Notes: a model not told the origin generated them from the letters alone. A stretch of 64,000 bases of DNA from Candidatus Niyogibacteria bacterium CG10_big_fil_rev_8_21_14_0_10_46_36 (GCA_002772995.1 PFCO01000008.1:23150-87149); one strand, 5' to 3'. Positions 1 to 9,099 are shown, counted from the stretch's first letter. Program-made: numbers and translations.

Positions 1-545
1 CGTTCATCATGCAAAATATGATAACGGAAAATAATCAGGTACGGCTTATTTTTGAAGGGCCAACTCGCGGGCTTTTGGGATACCGCGGGCAATTTGTGAT
101 TGATACAAAAGGCGAAGGTATTTTGTGTTCGCGCGTTACGGGCTTTAAGCCGTTTGCGGGGGACATAAAAAAGCGCGCAACAGGGTCTATGGTGTCTATG
201 GCGTCGGGAAAGGCGCTCGGGTTTTCGTTATGGAACTTGCAGGAGCGCGGGACCTTGTATATCGGGCACGGTGAAGAAGTATACGAAGGCATGGTCATAG
301 GCTCCACATCCAAGGGGCATGACATGGAAGTAAACCCGACAAAAGGAAAACAGCTTACCAATGTCCGCTCGTCGGGTTCGGATGAGGCAATTACACTCAC
401 GCCGCATCAGGTGCTCACAATCGAGAACGGGCTTGAAGTAATGACGGACGATGAATTTTTGGAAGTAACTCCAAAGTCCGTACGGCTCCGCAAAAGCAAA
501 CTCAAAGCAATTGACCGCGTAAAGCACCGCCGCGATGCGGAATAA
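1..545 (+). CDS. typA: GTP-binding protein TypA/BipA, C-terminal part (5' truncated by window edge)
   Basis: Motifs PTRGLLGYR, VYEGMVIG, NPTKGKQLTNVRSSGSDE and EFLEVTPKSVRLRK match the BipA C-terminal domains. Confidence 0.95.
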   Translation, partial: FIMQNMITENNQVRLIFEGPTRGLLGYRGQFVIDTKGEGILCSRVTGFKPFAGDIKKRATGSMVSMASGKALGFSLWNLQERGTLYIGHGEEVYEGMVIGSTSKGHDMEVNPTKGKQLTNVRSSGSDEAITLTPHQVLTIENGLEVMTDDEFLEVTPKSVRLRKSKLKAIDRVKHRRDAE

Positions 546-617
546 CAATCTGCGCGCTTGACTGTAAAAAATACGTATTTATAGTAATCTCGCAGGAGAA
601 AAAAAGGAGGGTTTAAT

Positions 618-890
618 ATGTTGATGAAAAGTGTACTGAGATGGTCTGGGCTTGGTGCGTGGGGGCTTGTGCTTTTCTTGATAAGCGCTATTAGTGTTTC
701 AGTAACATTGCTTGGCATTGCAGGTTTCTTGTTCTTTATAATTGGCATGATCTTGTGGAATTCCTCCGCCACTCTAACAGGTTTAGCATGGATACTATTT
801 TTTTCTGCGGTTTTTCTTTTTGGTGGAGGGGTGATTTTAATTGCCCTGACTGACGAATGGAAATCGTTCAAAGAAGAAATTTTTGGATAA
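618..890 (+). CDS. small hypothetical membrane protein
   Basis: Hydrophobic 90-aa ORF; AGGAGG at 605-610; TTGACT..TATAGT promoter upstream; terminator downstream. Confidence 0.75.
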   Translation: MLMKSVLRWSGLGAWGLVLFLISAISVSVTLLGIAGFLFFIIGMILWNSSATLTGLAWILFFSAVFLFGGGVILIALTDEWKSFKEEIFG

Positions 891-893
891 TTC

Positions 894-936
894 AAAAAGC
901 GGAATAGCGTATACACGCATTCCGCTTTTATTTTTT
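894..936 (+). terminator. intrinsic terminator
   Basis: AAAAGCGGAAT...ATTCCGCTTTT hairpin followed by T-rich tract. Confidence 0.75.
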
Positions 937-953
937 AATAGTATAATGAAAGT

Positions 954-1376
954 ATGAGCTGGGTCATCTATGCAATTTTGTCGGCATTCTTTGCGTCATT
1001 GGTCGCTATCTTTGGAAAGATAGGCGTGCGGGGGATAGATAGCAACCTTATGGTCGCGATACGCACGGTCATTATTGTTGCGTTTGCGTGGGGTATTGTC
1101 TTTGTGCAGGGAAACGCGGCTGATATTTTTAAGATACCAAAATACACTTATACCTTCATCATTCTTTCGGCGATTGCAACCGGACTTTCGTGGCTTTTTT
1201 ATTACAAGGCGCTTCAATTGGGAGAAGCGTCGCGCGTTGCTCCTATTGACAAATTAAGTGTTGCGCTTACTATTATTTTGGCATTCGTTTTTTTGAGCGA
1301 AAAGCCAACGCTCGGCAATGTTTTAGGCGGTTCGCTCGTTGCGGCAGGAGTATTGGTGACAACGCTTATTAAATAA
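954..1376 (+). CDS. EamA/DMT family transporter (single EamA domain)
   Basis: SAFFASLVAIFGKIG, SWLFYYKALQLGEASRVAPIDKLS. Confidence 0.9.
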   Translation: MSWVIYAILSAFFASLVAIFGKIGVRGIDSNLMVAIRTVIIVAFAWGIVFVQGNAADIFKIPKYTYTFIILSAIATGLSWLFYYKALQLGEASRVAPIDKLSVALTIILAFVFLSEKPTLGNVLGGSLVAAGVLVTTLIK

Positions 1377-1404
1377 ATTATTATTAGCACTATTTTAACA
1401 GGGT

Positions 1405-1590
1405 ATGAAAATATTTAAAAAACACACATTTGAATGGTGGGAGGTGAGCTTTTTAAAGATTGGGCTTGGGTCTCTCGGTGTTCTTTTGGGTCTGTATTTC
1501 CGGGAAGCGCTCATGAGTGTTATGTGGCTCTGGTGGGCGATTCTGATTGTCACTGTCTTTTATTTTGGCGGGCGCATGCTAAAGGAATAA
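1405..1590 (+). CDS. small two-TM hypothetical protein
   Basis: 61-aa hydrophobic ORF followed by hairpin plus T tract. Confidence 0.65.
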   Translation: MKIFKKHTFEWWEVSFLKIGLGSLGVLLGLYFREALMSVMWLWWAILIVTVFYFGGRMLKE

Positions 1591-1668
1591 CAGCTCTCGT
1601 ATACTACCCCCGGTGCATCCGGGGATTTTTTATTTGCGTTATTTGTCACATGCGGCATAATAGATTTT

Positions 1669-3141
1669 ATGAAAAAAATACTCATTATCGCGGTTATTAT
1701 TGTGGGCGCTGCCGGGCTTTTCTTTTGGAAGGGTCCGTCTCCAAAAGCGGGATACACCGCGCTTGCCCCTGACACTATTGGCGGGGAAGGCGTGCTCTAT
1801 ACCTACACTATAAAAGGAGAATCAAACGGAGGCGGGGCGCTTTCGTTGTCGTTTACTGACGACGGCAATTATTCATTAATCAATATTGCGCTTGACCTGA
1901 ATGACAGCGGTGCATACGAGGATGACGAGTGGGTAGCTGAAAACCAGATTAGTTATGTCCAGAGAGGTACGGACAACAATTTTGCGGTAGACTTGCCCGA
2001 AGGAGAGCTGCCAAGCACTATTACAGGTATTGCAGCATTTTCGGCGGAACCCATGACAGAAGGCTGGTGGGACGGCGAGAATACGCGTACGATAACTATT
2101 ACTACGGAATCATTTGAATTGAATGATATTTTGGGACTTGATGTCCCGGGCAATGGTCCGGGAGTGTACAGAGGGTATGCCGACGGTTTTTCGGCGCGCA
2201 TGCCTGTCGCGTATGCCCAAACCTTTCCCACGGTGAATGTAGACAGCCAGCTGAATATCGGCGATTTGCGCCAATCAAATATGGAATGCGCGCCGACATC
2301 CATTACGAACAACCTTACCGGGCTTGCGGGCGCGAACGGCAGGAACGATTTGCCTTCAGCAGAGACCATGGTAGACCAGCTCAAATCGGATCTCAAATTT
2401 GGCGATGAAGGCGTTGCGGGTGTTTTGGATAAAAATTACATTGCAGGCAAAAACGCGTTTATGCGAAGATATAATCTTCCTATTGTTACGACCGAAATAT
2501 CAAACCCGTCTATTGAAGATATAGCAAACGCGATACAAAGCGGCGCTGTTGTAGAAATGGATCTTGCGTTTATCGAAGTAACTCCACAAGGGAACAATCA
2601 TGTCGCAAGCCATGTCGTAACGCTTACTGGCGTATCTTCAAACGGCTCGAGTGCTACGCTTCGCGGGCGCGATTCAGCTACACCTACCGGGAACGAGTCA
2701 TGGCAGTTTTTCCCCAAGCGCGCCGGCCAACCGTCTTCTCAAATGCACTACCCCATGTGGAGGAAGGGCGCCACAGTTATAAATAAAATATACATACAGC
2801 GGTATGTATCAGTTGATGATGCGGTTGCGGCAGGTGTGTTGCCGCAGGGCGTTGTGGGGAGCACCTACCCGGTAGACATGCTTGTTATTGGCGGGAAATA
2901 TTATCCCAAAGACCAGTTTACGGTTGGCAACAACCCAGAGGACGCATGCGGAGCGCCGCACTATCACAAACACACAACCGCGTACGGCTTGCAGTCAAAA
3001 ACAAGCATTGCGATAGTGCAGGCAAATGATCCCAATCCAAACTCCTGCGGATTCGGTAAAGTATCTGATGTACCCACCGAAACCGTCCGCTTAACATGGG
3101 AGCAGCAGCAGGCGATTGCCGGCGCTCTTTTAACACCCTAG
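1669..3141 (+). CDS. secreted/membrane-anchored protein with putative papain-like (C39-like) cysteine peptidase domain
   Basis: N-terminal signal/anchor; Q-x4-C motif LRQSNMECAPTS, SHVVTLTG, GRDS; GEVED-like segment IALDLNDSGAYEDDEW. Confidence 0.6.
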   Translation: MKKILIIAVIIVGAAGLFFWKGPSPKAGYTALAPDTIGGEGVLYTYTIKGESNGGGALSLSFTDDGNYSLINIALDLNDSGAYEDDEWVAENQISYVQRGTDNNFAVDLPEGELPSTITGIAAFSAEPMTEGWWDGENTRTITITTESFELNDILGLDVPGNGPGVYRGYADGFSARMPVAYAQTFPTVNVDSQLNIGDLRQSNMECAPTSITNNLTGLAGANGRNDLPSAETMVDQLKSDLKFGDEGVAGVLDKNYIAGKNAFMRRYNLPIVTTEISNPSIEDIANAIQSGAVVEMDLAFIEVTPQGNNHVASHVVTLTGVSSNGSSATLRGRDSATPTGNESWQFFPKRAGQPSSQMHYPMWRKGATVINKIYIQRYVSVDDAVAAGVLPQGVVGSTYPVDMLVIGGKYYPKDQFTVGNNPEDACGAPHYHKHTTAYGLQSKTSIAIVQANDPNPNSCGFGKVSDVPTETVRLTWEQQQAIAGALLTP

Positions 3142-3169
3142 CTGCTCACTTGTTTGAGGAAGAATACTT

Positions 3170-3502
3170 ATGTTTAATAGAAGCATGAAAAAACCTACAC
3201 TTATTGCGCACGCATTTTTGCATGCAATTGCGGGCACTCTATATATTGCTGCTGTCGCAACATTTATGAGCCGTGTCGGGCAAATTCTCGGACCGGATAA
3301 GCCGGGTGAGATTTTGGGTCCGGTGGTATTTCTTCTCATGTTTGTGATTTCGGCGGCAATCATGGGTTCTATTGTATTGCTGCGTCCTATCATCTGGTAT
3401 TTAGATGGCAAGAAAAAAGAAGCATTAGGGTTCTTATTATATACCGTTGCATTTTTGATACTTATTGCTCTTACTGCAGTTGCATTAATCGCAATATTTT
3501 AA
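3170..3502 (+). CDS. hypothetical three-TM membrane protein
   Basis: Hydrophobic ORF (LLMFVISAAIMG..LLRPIIWYLDGKKKEA) with downstream terminator; start may be 3185. Confidence 0.8.
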   Translation: MFNRSMKKPTLIAHAFLHAIAGTLYIAAVATFMSRVGQILGPDKPGEILGPVVFLLMFVISAAIMGSIVLLRPIIWYLDGKKKEALGFLLYTVAFLILIALTAVALIAIF

Positions 3503-3519
3503 ATGTATCTTGCAGTGTA

Positions 3520-3549
3520 AAAAATCCGCCTACACAGAGGCGGATTTTT
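3520..3549 (+). terminator. intrinsic terminator
   Basis: AAAAATCCGCCT-ACACAG-AGGCGGATTTTT. Confidence 0.8.
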
Positions 3550-3570
3550 GCGTTATCATAGAAGGCGATC

Positions 3571-3930
3571 ATGACATCAAAAACAGTTCTTATATTGCAT
3601 AGTATTGTATTCGGCTCGTTTGTGCTGTTTTCGTTAAGTTCGCCCATTTTTGCAGTATGGTATTCGGAATTTTTTTCTTCTTATTTTTTCCCGGCAGCGA
3701 TAGTTCTGACGCCAGTCGTGTTCGGGTTGTGGTATATGTTTCGGGGATGCCCGTTTACCGTATGGGAAAATTATTTTCGTAAGCGCGAGCGCAAACTGCT
3801 CATAGCAAAGAATTCGTGTATTTATCACTATGCGCTTGAGTGGTTCAATGTCCGGATTCCGCTACGGCTCATCCAGCCCGTGCTTGTTTTGCTTTTTATC
3901 ATTCCCATATTTGTGGGGCTTGTGGTATAA
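3571..3930 (+). CDS. DUF2784-like membrane protein
   Basis: GCPFTVWENYFR resembles the CPLT-x-xE signature; flanking TM helices. Confidence 0.6.
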   Translation: MTSKTVLILHSIVFGSFVLFSLSSPIFAVWYSEFFSSYFFPAAIVLTPVVFGLWYMFRGCPFTVWENYFRKRERKLLIAKNSCIYHYALEWFNVRIPLRLIQPVLVLLFIIPIFVGLVV

Positions 3931-3939
3931 CATAATAGT

Positions 3940-4332
3940 ATGAAAGGATTTATCACCAACATAGAAAAGTTAACGCTTGAGAACACCGATTACCGGCGTG
4001 TCTTGTATACTGCGAAAAACAGCCAGCTGGTGCTTATGAGCCTCAAGCCCGGGGAAGAGATAGGCGAAGAGATACACGAGGAGCATGACCAGTTCATTCG
4101 TTTTGAAAGCGGGACGGCAAAAGTTATTTTGAACAAGACCGAAGAGCATGAAGTGGCGGGGGACGATGCGGTCGTTGTTCCTGCGGGCATGTGGCACAAT
4201 GTCATAAACACTGGAGACGAAGATCTCAAGCTCTACACTATCTATTCACCGCCCGAGCACAAAGACGGCACGCTCCAGCCGACAAAGGCGGACGAAAAAG
4301 AGGAGCATTTTGACGGACAGACGACCGAATAA
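3940..4332 (+). CDS. cupin domain protein
   Basis: EEIGEEIHEEHDQFIRFESG, VVVPAGMWHNVIN, KLYTIYSPPEH. Confidence 0.9.
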   Translation: MKGFITNIEKLTLENTDYRRVLYTAKNSQLVLMSLKPGEEIGEEIHEEHDQFIRFESGTAKVILNKTEEHEVAGDDAVVVPAGMWHNVINTGDEDLKLYTIYSPPEHKDGTLQPTKADEKEEHFDGQTTE

Positions 4333-4363
4333 ACGGCTCATACGGGGTGTGAGCCGTTTATTT
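4328..4363. repeat. palindromic REP-like repeat, copy 1 (may also act as terminator)
   Basis: AATAAACGGCTCATAC-GGG-GTGTGAGCCGTTTATT; near-identical inverted copy at 56076-56113. Confidence 0.75.
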
Positions 4364-4383
4364 TTGGTATTATAATAAGAACA

Positions 4384-4746
4384 ATGAAAATGCTTACCTG
4401 GACATCGCGGATGCTCGGATTATTTTTTATCGCTTTTGTGAGCGTATTTGCGCTTGATGTATTCGGGCAAGGATATGGCAAGGGCGAATTATTGCTCGCG
4501 CTTTTTGTGCATCTTATTCCGTCGTTCCTGCTTGTCGCGGCGCTTGTTGTTTCATGGCGCAAGCCAGATGTGGGCGGCGCATTTTTTATCGCGCTCGGGG
4601 TGGTTTCTGTTTTCTTTTTTCATACATACAGAGATTTTTTCAGTTTCGGCTTGATTACTCTCCCCGCGCTCATTATCGGTGCTTTGTTTTTATTGCAGTG
4701 CGGGCAGTCGGGGATGACGCTCTTTTTGCAGCATAAGAAAAAATGA
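4384..4746 (+). CDS. hypothetical membrane protein
   Basis: Four hydrophobic segments; FALDVF..LFVHLIP motif. Confidence 0.8.
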   Translation: MKMLTWTSRMLGLFFIAFVSVFALDVFGQGYGKGELLLALFVHLIPSFLLVAALVVSWRKPDVGGAFFIALGVVSVFFFHTYRDFFSFGLITLPALIIGALFLLQCGQSGMTLFLQHKKK

Positions 4747-5462
4747 CAGAGATTTCTCTCGTTATCTTTTTAGCAAGCGCGCTTGTAGCCGAGGCCGTGG
4801 GGACAATCGCGGGATTTGGTTCGGGGCTTATGCTTACGCCGATCGCGGCATTCTTCTTTGATATTAAAACGACCATTGCCATCGTAGGCCTTTTTCATTT
4901 TATCGGACAGTTTGTGGACGGTATTATCTGGTGGCGGTATATAAATTGGCGGATAGGGTTATTGTTTTCTGTCGGAGGGATATTATTTTCCTTTGTGGGA
5001 GCCTATCTTATTGCCTATATTCCGGGGCGTGGCCTTGAGATATTGCTCGGCGTTTTTTTAATAGCGTATGCAATTCTCTCGCTTATCGGGAAGGAGGCGC
5101 GCTTACCCCGCTCGGATGGCGCTATAGTAATTACGGGGGGCGTCGTCGGGTTTGTCGCGGGAGTTATCGGTACTGCGGGCGCAATACGGACCGCGGCATT
5201 ATCATCACTTCATTTAAAAAAAGAATATTTTTTAGGGACATCTTTTGCGATAGCGTTTTTCGTGGATATCACGCGTATAGGGGTGTATTTTAAAACAGGT
5301 CTGTTGGAAGTTAATTTCTTTTTATGGGGAGCTGTGCTTGTTGTCGCGGTGCTCGGGAGTTTCGCGGGGAAAGCGCTTGTGTCGCGGATTCCCGCGCCAT
5401 TGTTCAATAAAATTATTTATAGTATTTTGCTTCTTGCCGGCATCCGGTTTTTGTTTTTGTAA
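4743..5462 (+). CDS. TSUP (TauE/SafE) family transporter
   Basis: GTIAGFGSGLMLTP and GVIGTAGAIR Gly-rich repeats; about 8 TM. Confidence 0.85.
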   Translation: MTEISLVIFLASALVAEAVGTIAGFGSGLMLTPIAAFFFDIKTTIAIVGLFHFIGQFVDGIIWWRYINWRIGLLFSVGGILFSFVGAYLIAYIPGRGLEILLGVFLIAYAILSLIGKEARLPRSDGAIVITGGVVGFVAGVIGTAGAIRTAALSSLHLKKEYFLGTSFAIAFFVDITRIGVYFKTGLLEVNFFLWGAVLVVAVLGSFAGKALVSRIPAPLFNKIIYSILLLAGIRFLFL

Positions 5463-5473
5463 AAACGAAATAG

Positions 5474-5500
5474 AAAAAACCCCGCATATGCGGGGTTTTT
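5474..5500. terminator. bidirectional intrinsic terminator
   Basis: AAAAAACCCCGCATATGCGGGGTTTTT between convergent ORFs. Confidence 0.85.
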
Positions 5501-5512
5501 ATCGTAAAATAA

Positions 5513-5848
5513 TTAGAATGCCTTTTCTGCGTATTTTCCGATGAGGGGCAGGGGGCGGTTGATGTGCTTTACCGCAGAATATGTCCACACTACAAGTTCA
5601 AATATGAGGAACGCGCGGATAGCCCACAGCAAGAGAGGCTGGAGAGAATAGAATCCCCAATACCCCACGAGCGACAATACGCCCTGGAGGGCGAGTGCCG
5701 TTACTACAAGGCCGATAAGCTGTTTTTTCGCGTGCACTGAATGATGGAACATGATTGATATGCAGGCGGAATCAATAATAAACGACGGATGCCCGTCCGC
5801 CGGCGGGCATGTGTGTATAAAAACAGCATACCGTATTTTCTTTAGCAT
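5513..5848 (-). pseudogene. DUF4870-like membrane protein, probably 5'-disrupted
   Basis: HAKKQLIGL and C-terminal PLPLIGKYAEK match DUF4870-type proteins; the first ~30 codons look unlike the family and contain a GC hairpin. Confidence 0.45.
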
Positions 5849-5874
5849 TCATAGATTTGATATACTGAACATAT

Positions 5875-6102
5875 ATGTATACATTTTTAAGTTCGGGGGC
5901 AGTTGCCGACTGCCTCAAGACGGTGGGGGACGCGGCGCTTTGCAGCACGCTCCATACCGCGTATCCGCCCTTGTGGTGGGTATCAACCACATTCGGTACT
6001 ATCGTATTTAGCCTATTCTTTCTTACCTGGGCGCTGGTACTCGTAAATCTTGGCTTACTTATGTTCTTTTTGGTGCATAAGCTCTTCGGGAAAAAGAAAT
6101 AA
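5875..6102 (+). CDS. small hypothetical membrane protein
   Basis: Long hydrophobic stretch with basic C-terminus (KLFGKKK). Confidence 0.5.
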   Translation: MYTFLSSGAVADCLKTVGDAALCSTLHTAYPPLWWVSTTFGTIVFSLFFLTWALVLVNLGLLMFFLVHKLFGKKK

Positions 6103-6225
6103 ACGCGACAATATATATAAATAGGAGGTTTTATAAGACCTTATTTTTTGTTTTTGTCAAGGTTACCATGTGAGCATATTTGGGTATACTGCGTTATAGA
6201 TTTAGTTCACATAAAAGGAGGCTAT

Positions 6226-7269
6226 ATGACACACCAAGACATCCTTTCCGCGTTACGCGGCAGTTCGTCTCTTCTTGCAAAGCATTTAGAGCCGGAATTA
6301 TTAGATTCACTGGAAGGCGCACGCACAAGCCGTGGTTTTGCGATTGCTGATGTTATCCGTTCCGGGGTTGAAAACACCGATAGCGGAGTGGGGGTATACA
6401 TCCCTGACGAAGAATCCCTTGAGACCTTTGGTCCATTTTTAAAAAAGATAATTACGGCATACCATGGGTTTGGCGAGGGCGATTCGCATAGACGTGATTT
6501 TGCGGTTGCCGAAGATGAACTAAAAGATTTGGATCCGACGGGCGAGTTTATTATTTCTACGCGGGTTCGTGTCGGGCGGAATCTCAAAGGGTATCCCTTT
6601 GCGCCGGGCATCACTCAGGAAGAGCGGAAAGAGGTTGAACAAAAGATAGTCTCAGCACTCGGTACATTAACGGATGATCTTGCGGGCATGTATTATCCGC
6701 TTGCGGGGATGAAAGAAGATATACGCGCGCAGTTAGTCGCCGACCACTTTTTATTCAAGCAGGGCGACCGCTTTTTGGAGAGTGCCGGTGCAAACCGCGA
6801 CTGGCCTGATGCTCGGGGTATTTTTCATTCCGCAGACAAGAAGTTCTTGGTATGGGTGAACGAAGAAGACCAGCTGCGCATCATCTCTATGGAACAGGGC
6901 GGCAATCTTCACTCGGTGTACAACCGCTTGGTGCGCGCATTCACGGCGCTCGAGAAGAAGCTGGACTTTGCCTATTCCGAGAGATACGGATTCCTTTCAA
7001 GCTGTCCTACGAATTTAGGAACCGCAATGCGTGCAAGCGTGCATATTAAGCTTGCGGGGCTTGAGAAAAGCGGAAAGCTCAAAGAAGCATGCGATGCGCT
7101 TAAGCTTTCGGTGCGCGGGATACACGGAGAACATTCCGAAAGTGCAGGCGGCGTATATGATATTTCAAACAAGCAGCGGCTCGGCATTTCGGAAGCAGAC
7201 ATCATCCGGGTGCTTGCGAACGGCGTTCGTAATCTTATAGCGCTTGAGAAAAGCCACCTGAAAAAATAG
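6226..7269 (+). CDS. arginine kinase (ATP:guanido phosphotransferase, phosphagen kinase with N-terminal domain)
   Basis: SLLAKHL, SGVENTDSGVGVY, ISTRVRVGRN, HFLFKQGDRFL, WVNEEDQLR, CPTNLGT, RGIHGEH, YDISNKQRLG; AGGAGG SD supports ATG 6226. Confidence 0.92.
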   Translation: MTHQDILSALRGSSSLLAKHLEPELLDSLEGARTSRGFAIADVIRSGVENTDSGVGVYIPDEESLETFGPFLKKIITAYHGFGEGDSHRRDFAVAEDELKDLDPTGEFIISTRVRVGRNLKGYPFAPGITQEERKEVEQKIVSALGTLTDDLAGMYYPLAGMKEDIRAQLVADHFLFKQGDRFLESAGANRDWPDARGIFHSADKKFLVWVNEEDQLRIISMEQGGNLHSVYNRLVRAFTALEKKLDFAYSERYGFLSSCPTNLGTAMRASVHIKLAGLEKSGKLKEACDALKLSVRGIHGEHSESAGGVYDISNKQRLGISEADIIRVLANGVRNLIALEKSHLKK

Positions 7270-7346
7270 CTATTCTATCTGTGCATAAACCGGGCATCCG
7301 CCCGGTTTTGTTTTTATATGTGGTGCTGTATGATGGGTATGCTTAT

Positions 7347-7694
7347 ATGTTCAGCCAATTGATTGCACAGATACACGCGGGTATCACCCCTGATGTTATG
7401 GGATGGTTTGTTACCGCAATCACCATTACATACTCTGTTATTGGTCTTCCTGCGCAAATCTATAAAAATTGGAAGCGCAAATCACTCGAAGGATTTTCAA
7501 ACATATTGTGCGTGTTGGTGTTTTTTACATTTTGGGGGTGGTTTTTGTACGGCATTATTCAGAGTGATAACTATATTATTATTGCAAACGCTCCGGGTGC
7601 CGTTGCGGTAACCGTTTTATTGTTCCAGATGTTTTTATACCGGAAAAATCCGGTACGGATTTCTGCAGGCACGTCTGCAAAAAATACTCTATGA
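7347..7694 (+). CDS. SemiSWEET/PQ-loop transporter
   Basis: GLPAQIYKNWKRKS..GFS, WFLYGI, IIIANAPG; three TM. Confidence 0.8.
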   Translation: MFSQLIAQIHAGITPDVMGWFVTAITITYSVIGLPAQIYKNWKRKSLEGFSNILCVLVFFTFWGWFLYGIIQSDNYIIIANAPGAVAVTVLLFQMFLYRKNPVRISAGTSAKNTL

Positions 7695-7828
7695 AAAACT
7701 ACGCAAAGACCGGCGGGAAAAAAGGAATGCCCGCGTATCGCACACCTTCGGCGTTCCGGTATAAAAAACATGTGGCAATAGTTACCCTAAAAACAAACCG
7801 TACTAAGAAAAAGCCGTATAAAAAATAA
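7691..7828 (+). CDS. putative 45-aa highly basic small protein (not in ORF track)
   Basis: ATGA overlap with upstream stop; MKNYAKTGGKKGMPAYRTPSAFRYKKHVAIVTLKTNRTKKKPYKK. Confidence 0.4.
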   Translation: MKNYAKTGGKKGMPAYRTPSAFRYKKHVAIVTLKTNRTKKKPYKK

Positions 7829-7849
7829 AAGAGCGGCTCATCCGTTCTT

Positions 7850-8479
7850 TTATTTTTTTTCGGGTTCCTTCCATTCAGTCATTTTTATTACTTCTCGCTC
7901 CATGGAATCCGCAAGGCGCAGTGATTTTTCTATCTTTGGATGGAAGAGGGGGGTGTGAGGTATGTAATCTAATTTTTCAACGAGATCCCAGGCATCTTTA
8001 TCGGTAACGACCCAATCCGGACTGTATGTTGCGAGATTAAAAGGCCGTGAGTAACTCCTTAGTGTTTTGGTCCCGTCTTCTACATAATATTCATTGAAGT
8101 AGGAAAGCATGAGTTCGCGCAGGGACCGGTATATCGGATCGCGGTAGCGAAGTATCACATGGTTTGTTTTGCTGAGCGCTCCCCATCGGTTATGGCGCTT
8201 AAATACGGTAACGACATGATTGTCGTCTTCGTCTATGGTGTTGAGATCTACGATGAGGGGCTTTTCGCCGTGATACCAAAGAATGGCTGCGGCGAGCATT
8301 GCCCCTTCCATGCAATGGGCTTCTTTGTGGCGCAGCGTGTAGAGCGGAGAGCGATATGTTTCTCCTCCTAATTCAAAATTAATAGGAAGCGTATCTAGAA
8401 AGTCTTGTATCTTATGAGGAGAATTTAATGTCTTAAAAATTTTAAATTCTTTGTGTTGAAAATAAGGAAATGGTTTCAC
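7850..8479 (-). CDS. conserved hypothetical protein, transglutaminase-like fold likely
   Basis: AHCMEGAMLAAA (Cys), DNHVVTVF (His), WGALSKTN, LRYRDPIY, TLRSYS. Confidence 0.75.
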   Translation of the reverse strand: MKPFPYFQHKEFKIFKTLNSPHKIQDFLDTLPINFELGGETYRSPLYTLRHKEAHCMEGAMLAAAILWYHGEKPLIVDLNTIDEDDNHVVTVFKRHNRWGALSKTNHVILRYRDPIYRSLRELMLSYFNEYYVEDGTKTLRSYSRPFNLATYSPDWVVTDKDAWDLVEKLDYIPHTPLFHPKIEKSLRLADSMEREVIKMTEWKEPEKK

Positions 8480-8527
8480 ATATATAGTGTATCAATATTT
8501 TTTTATACAGAATAGAATATATATTGT

Positions 8528-9058
8528 ATGGGATTCGATCTTACGCTATTCAATGCGTTGCATGCATATGCCGGGCAATCCCGGATTGCTGACTGGATAA
8601 TCATTTTTTTTGCGGAATATGCCCAATATCCCGTTATAGTTGCATTTTTTATACTATTATATGTGTCGCACTATTCGCGGCAGAGAAAAATACAGCTATT
8701 GTGGGTTTCGTTCGCATCTGTTTTTCTTTCACGGGCTATTATTACTGAAATAATCCGGTTGTTCTATCATCGGGAGCGTCCACTTTTTGATATGAATGTT
8801 CATGCGCTTTTCTCTGAGTATTCCTGGTCGTTTCCCTCGGGGCACGCGGCTTTCTTTTTTGCGTTTGCGGCGGCAATATACTTTTACAACAAGGCCTGGG
8901 GCGTGTGGTTTTTCGTTGCGGCATTGCTTATCTCTATGAGCCGGGTTGTCGGGGGCGTCCACTACCCGGTGGATGTGTTAGGAGGAGCGGTTGTCGGTAT
9001 TGTGTCCGCTTCTGTTGTTTTCTTTGTTATAAAAAAGGTGTCGGGGGAGAAGCGTTGA
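8528..9058 (+). CDS. PAP2 family phosphatase (undecaprenyl-PP phosphatase BcrC-like)
   Basis: RERP, SFPSGHA, SRVVGGVHYPVD. Confidence 0.92.
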   Translation: MGFDLTLFNALHAYAGQSRIADWIIIFFAEYAQYPVIVAFFILLYVSHYSRQRKIQLLWVSFASVFLSRAIITEIIRLFYHRERPLFDMNVHALFSEYSWSFPSGHAAFFFAFAAAIYFYNKAWGVWFFVAALLISMSRVVGGVHYPVDVLGGAVVGIVSASVVFFVIKKVSGEKR

Positions 9059-9070
9059 CCGGCATAGGGA

Positions 9071-9099
9071 TTGACATATATATGTTTTTTATCTATAAT
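9071..9099 (+). promoter_or_regulatory. consensus sigma70 promoter
   Basis: TTGACA-17 nt-TATAAT; AGGAGG SD before the downstream ORF. Confidence 0.8.

Noticed and set aside
6148-7269. McsB protein-arginine kinase, or the longer TTG start at 6148
   Set aside because: It has the N-terminal phosphagen domain and no ctsR/mcsA/clpC context; the SD supports ATG 6226
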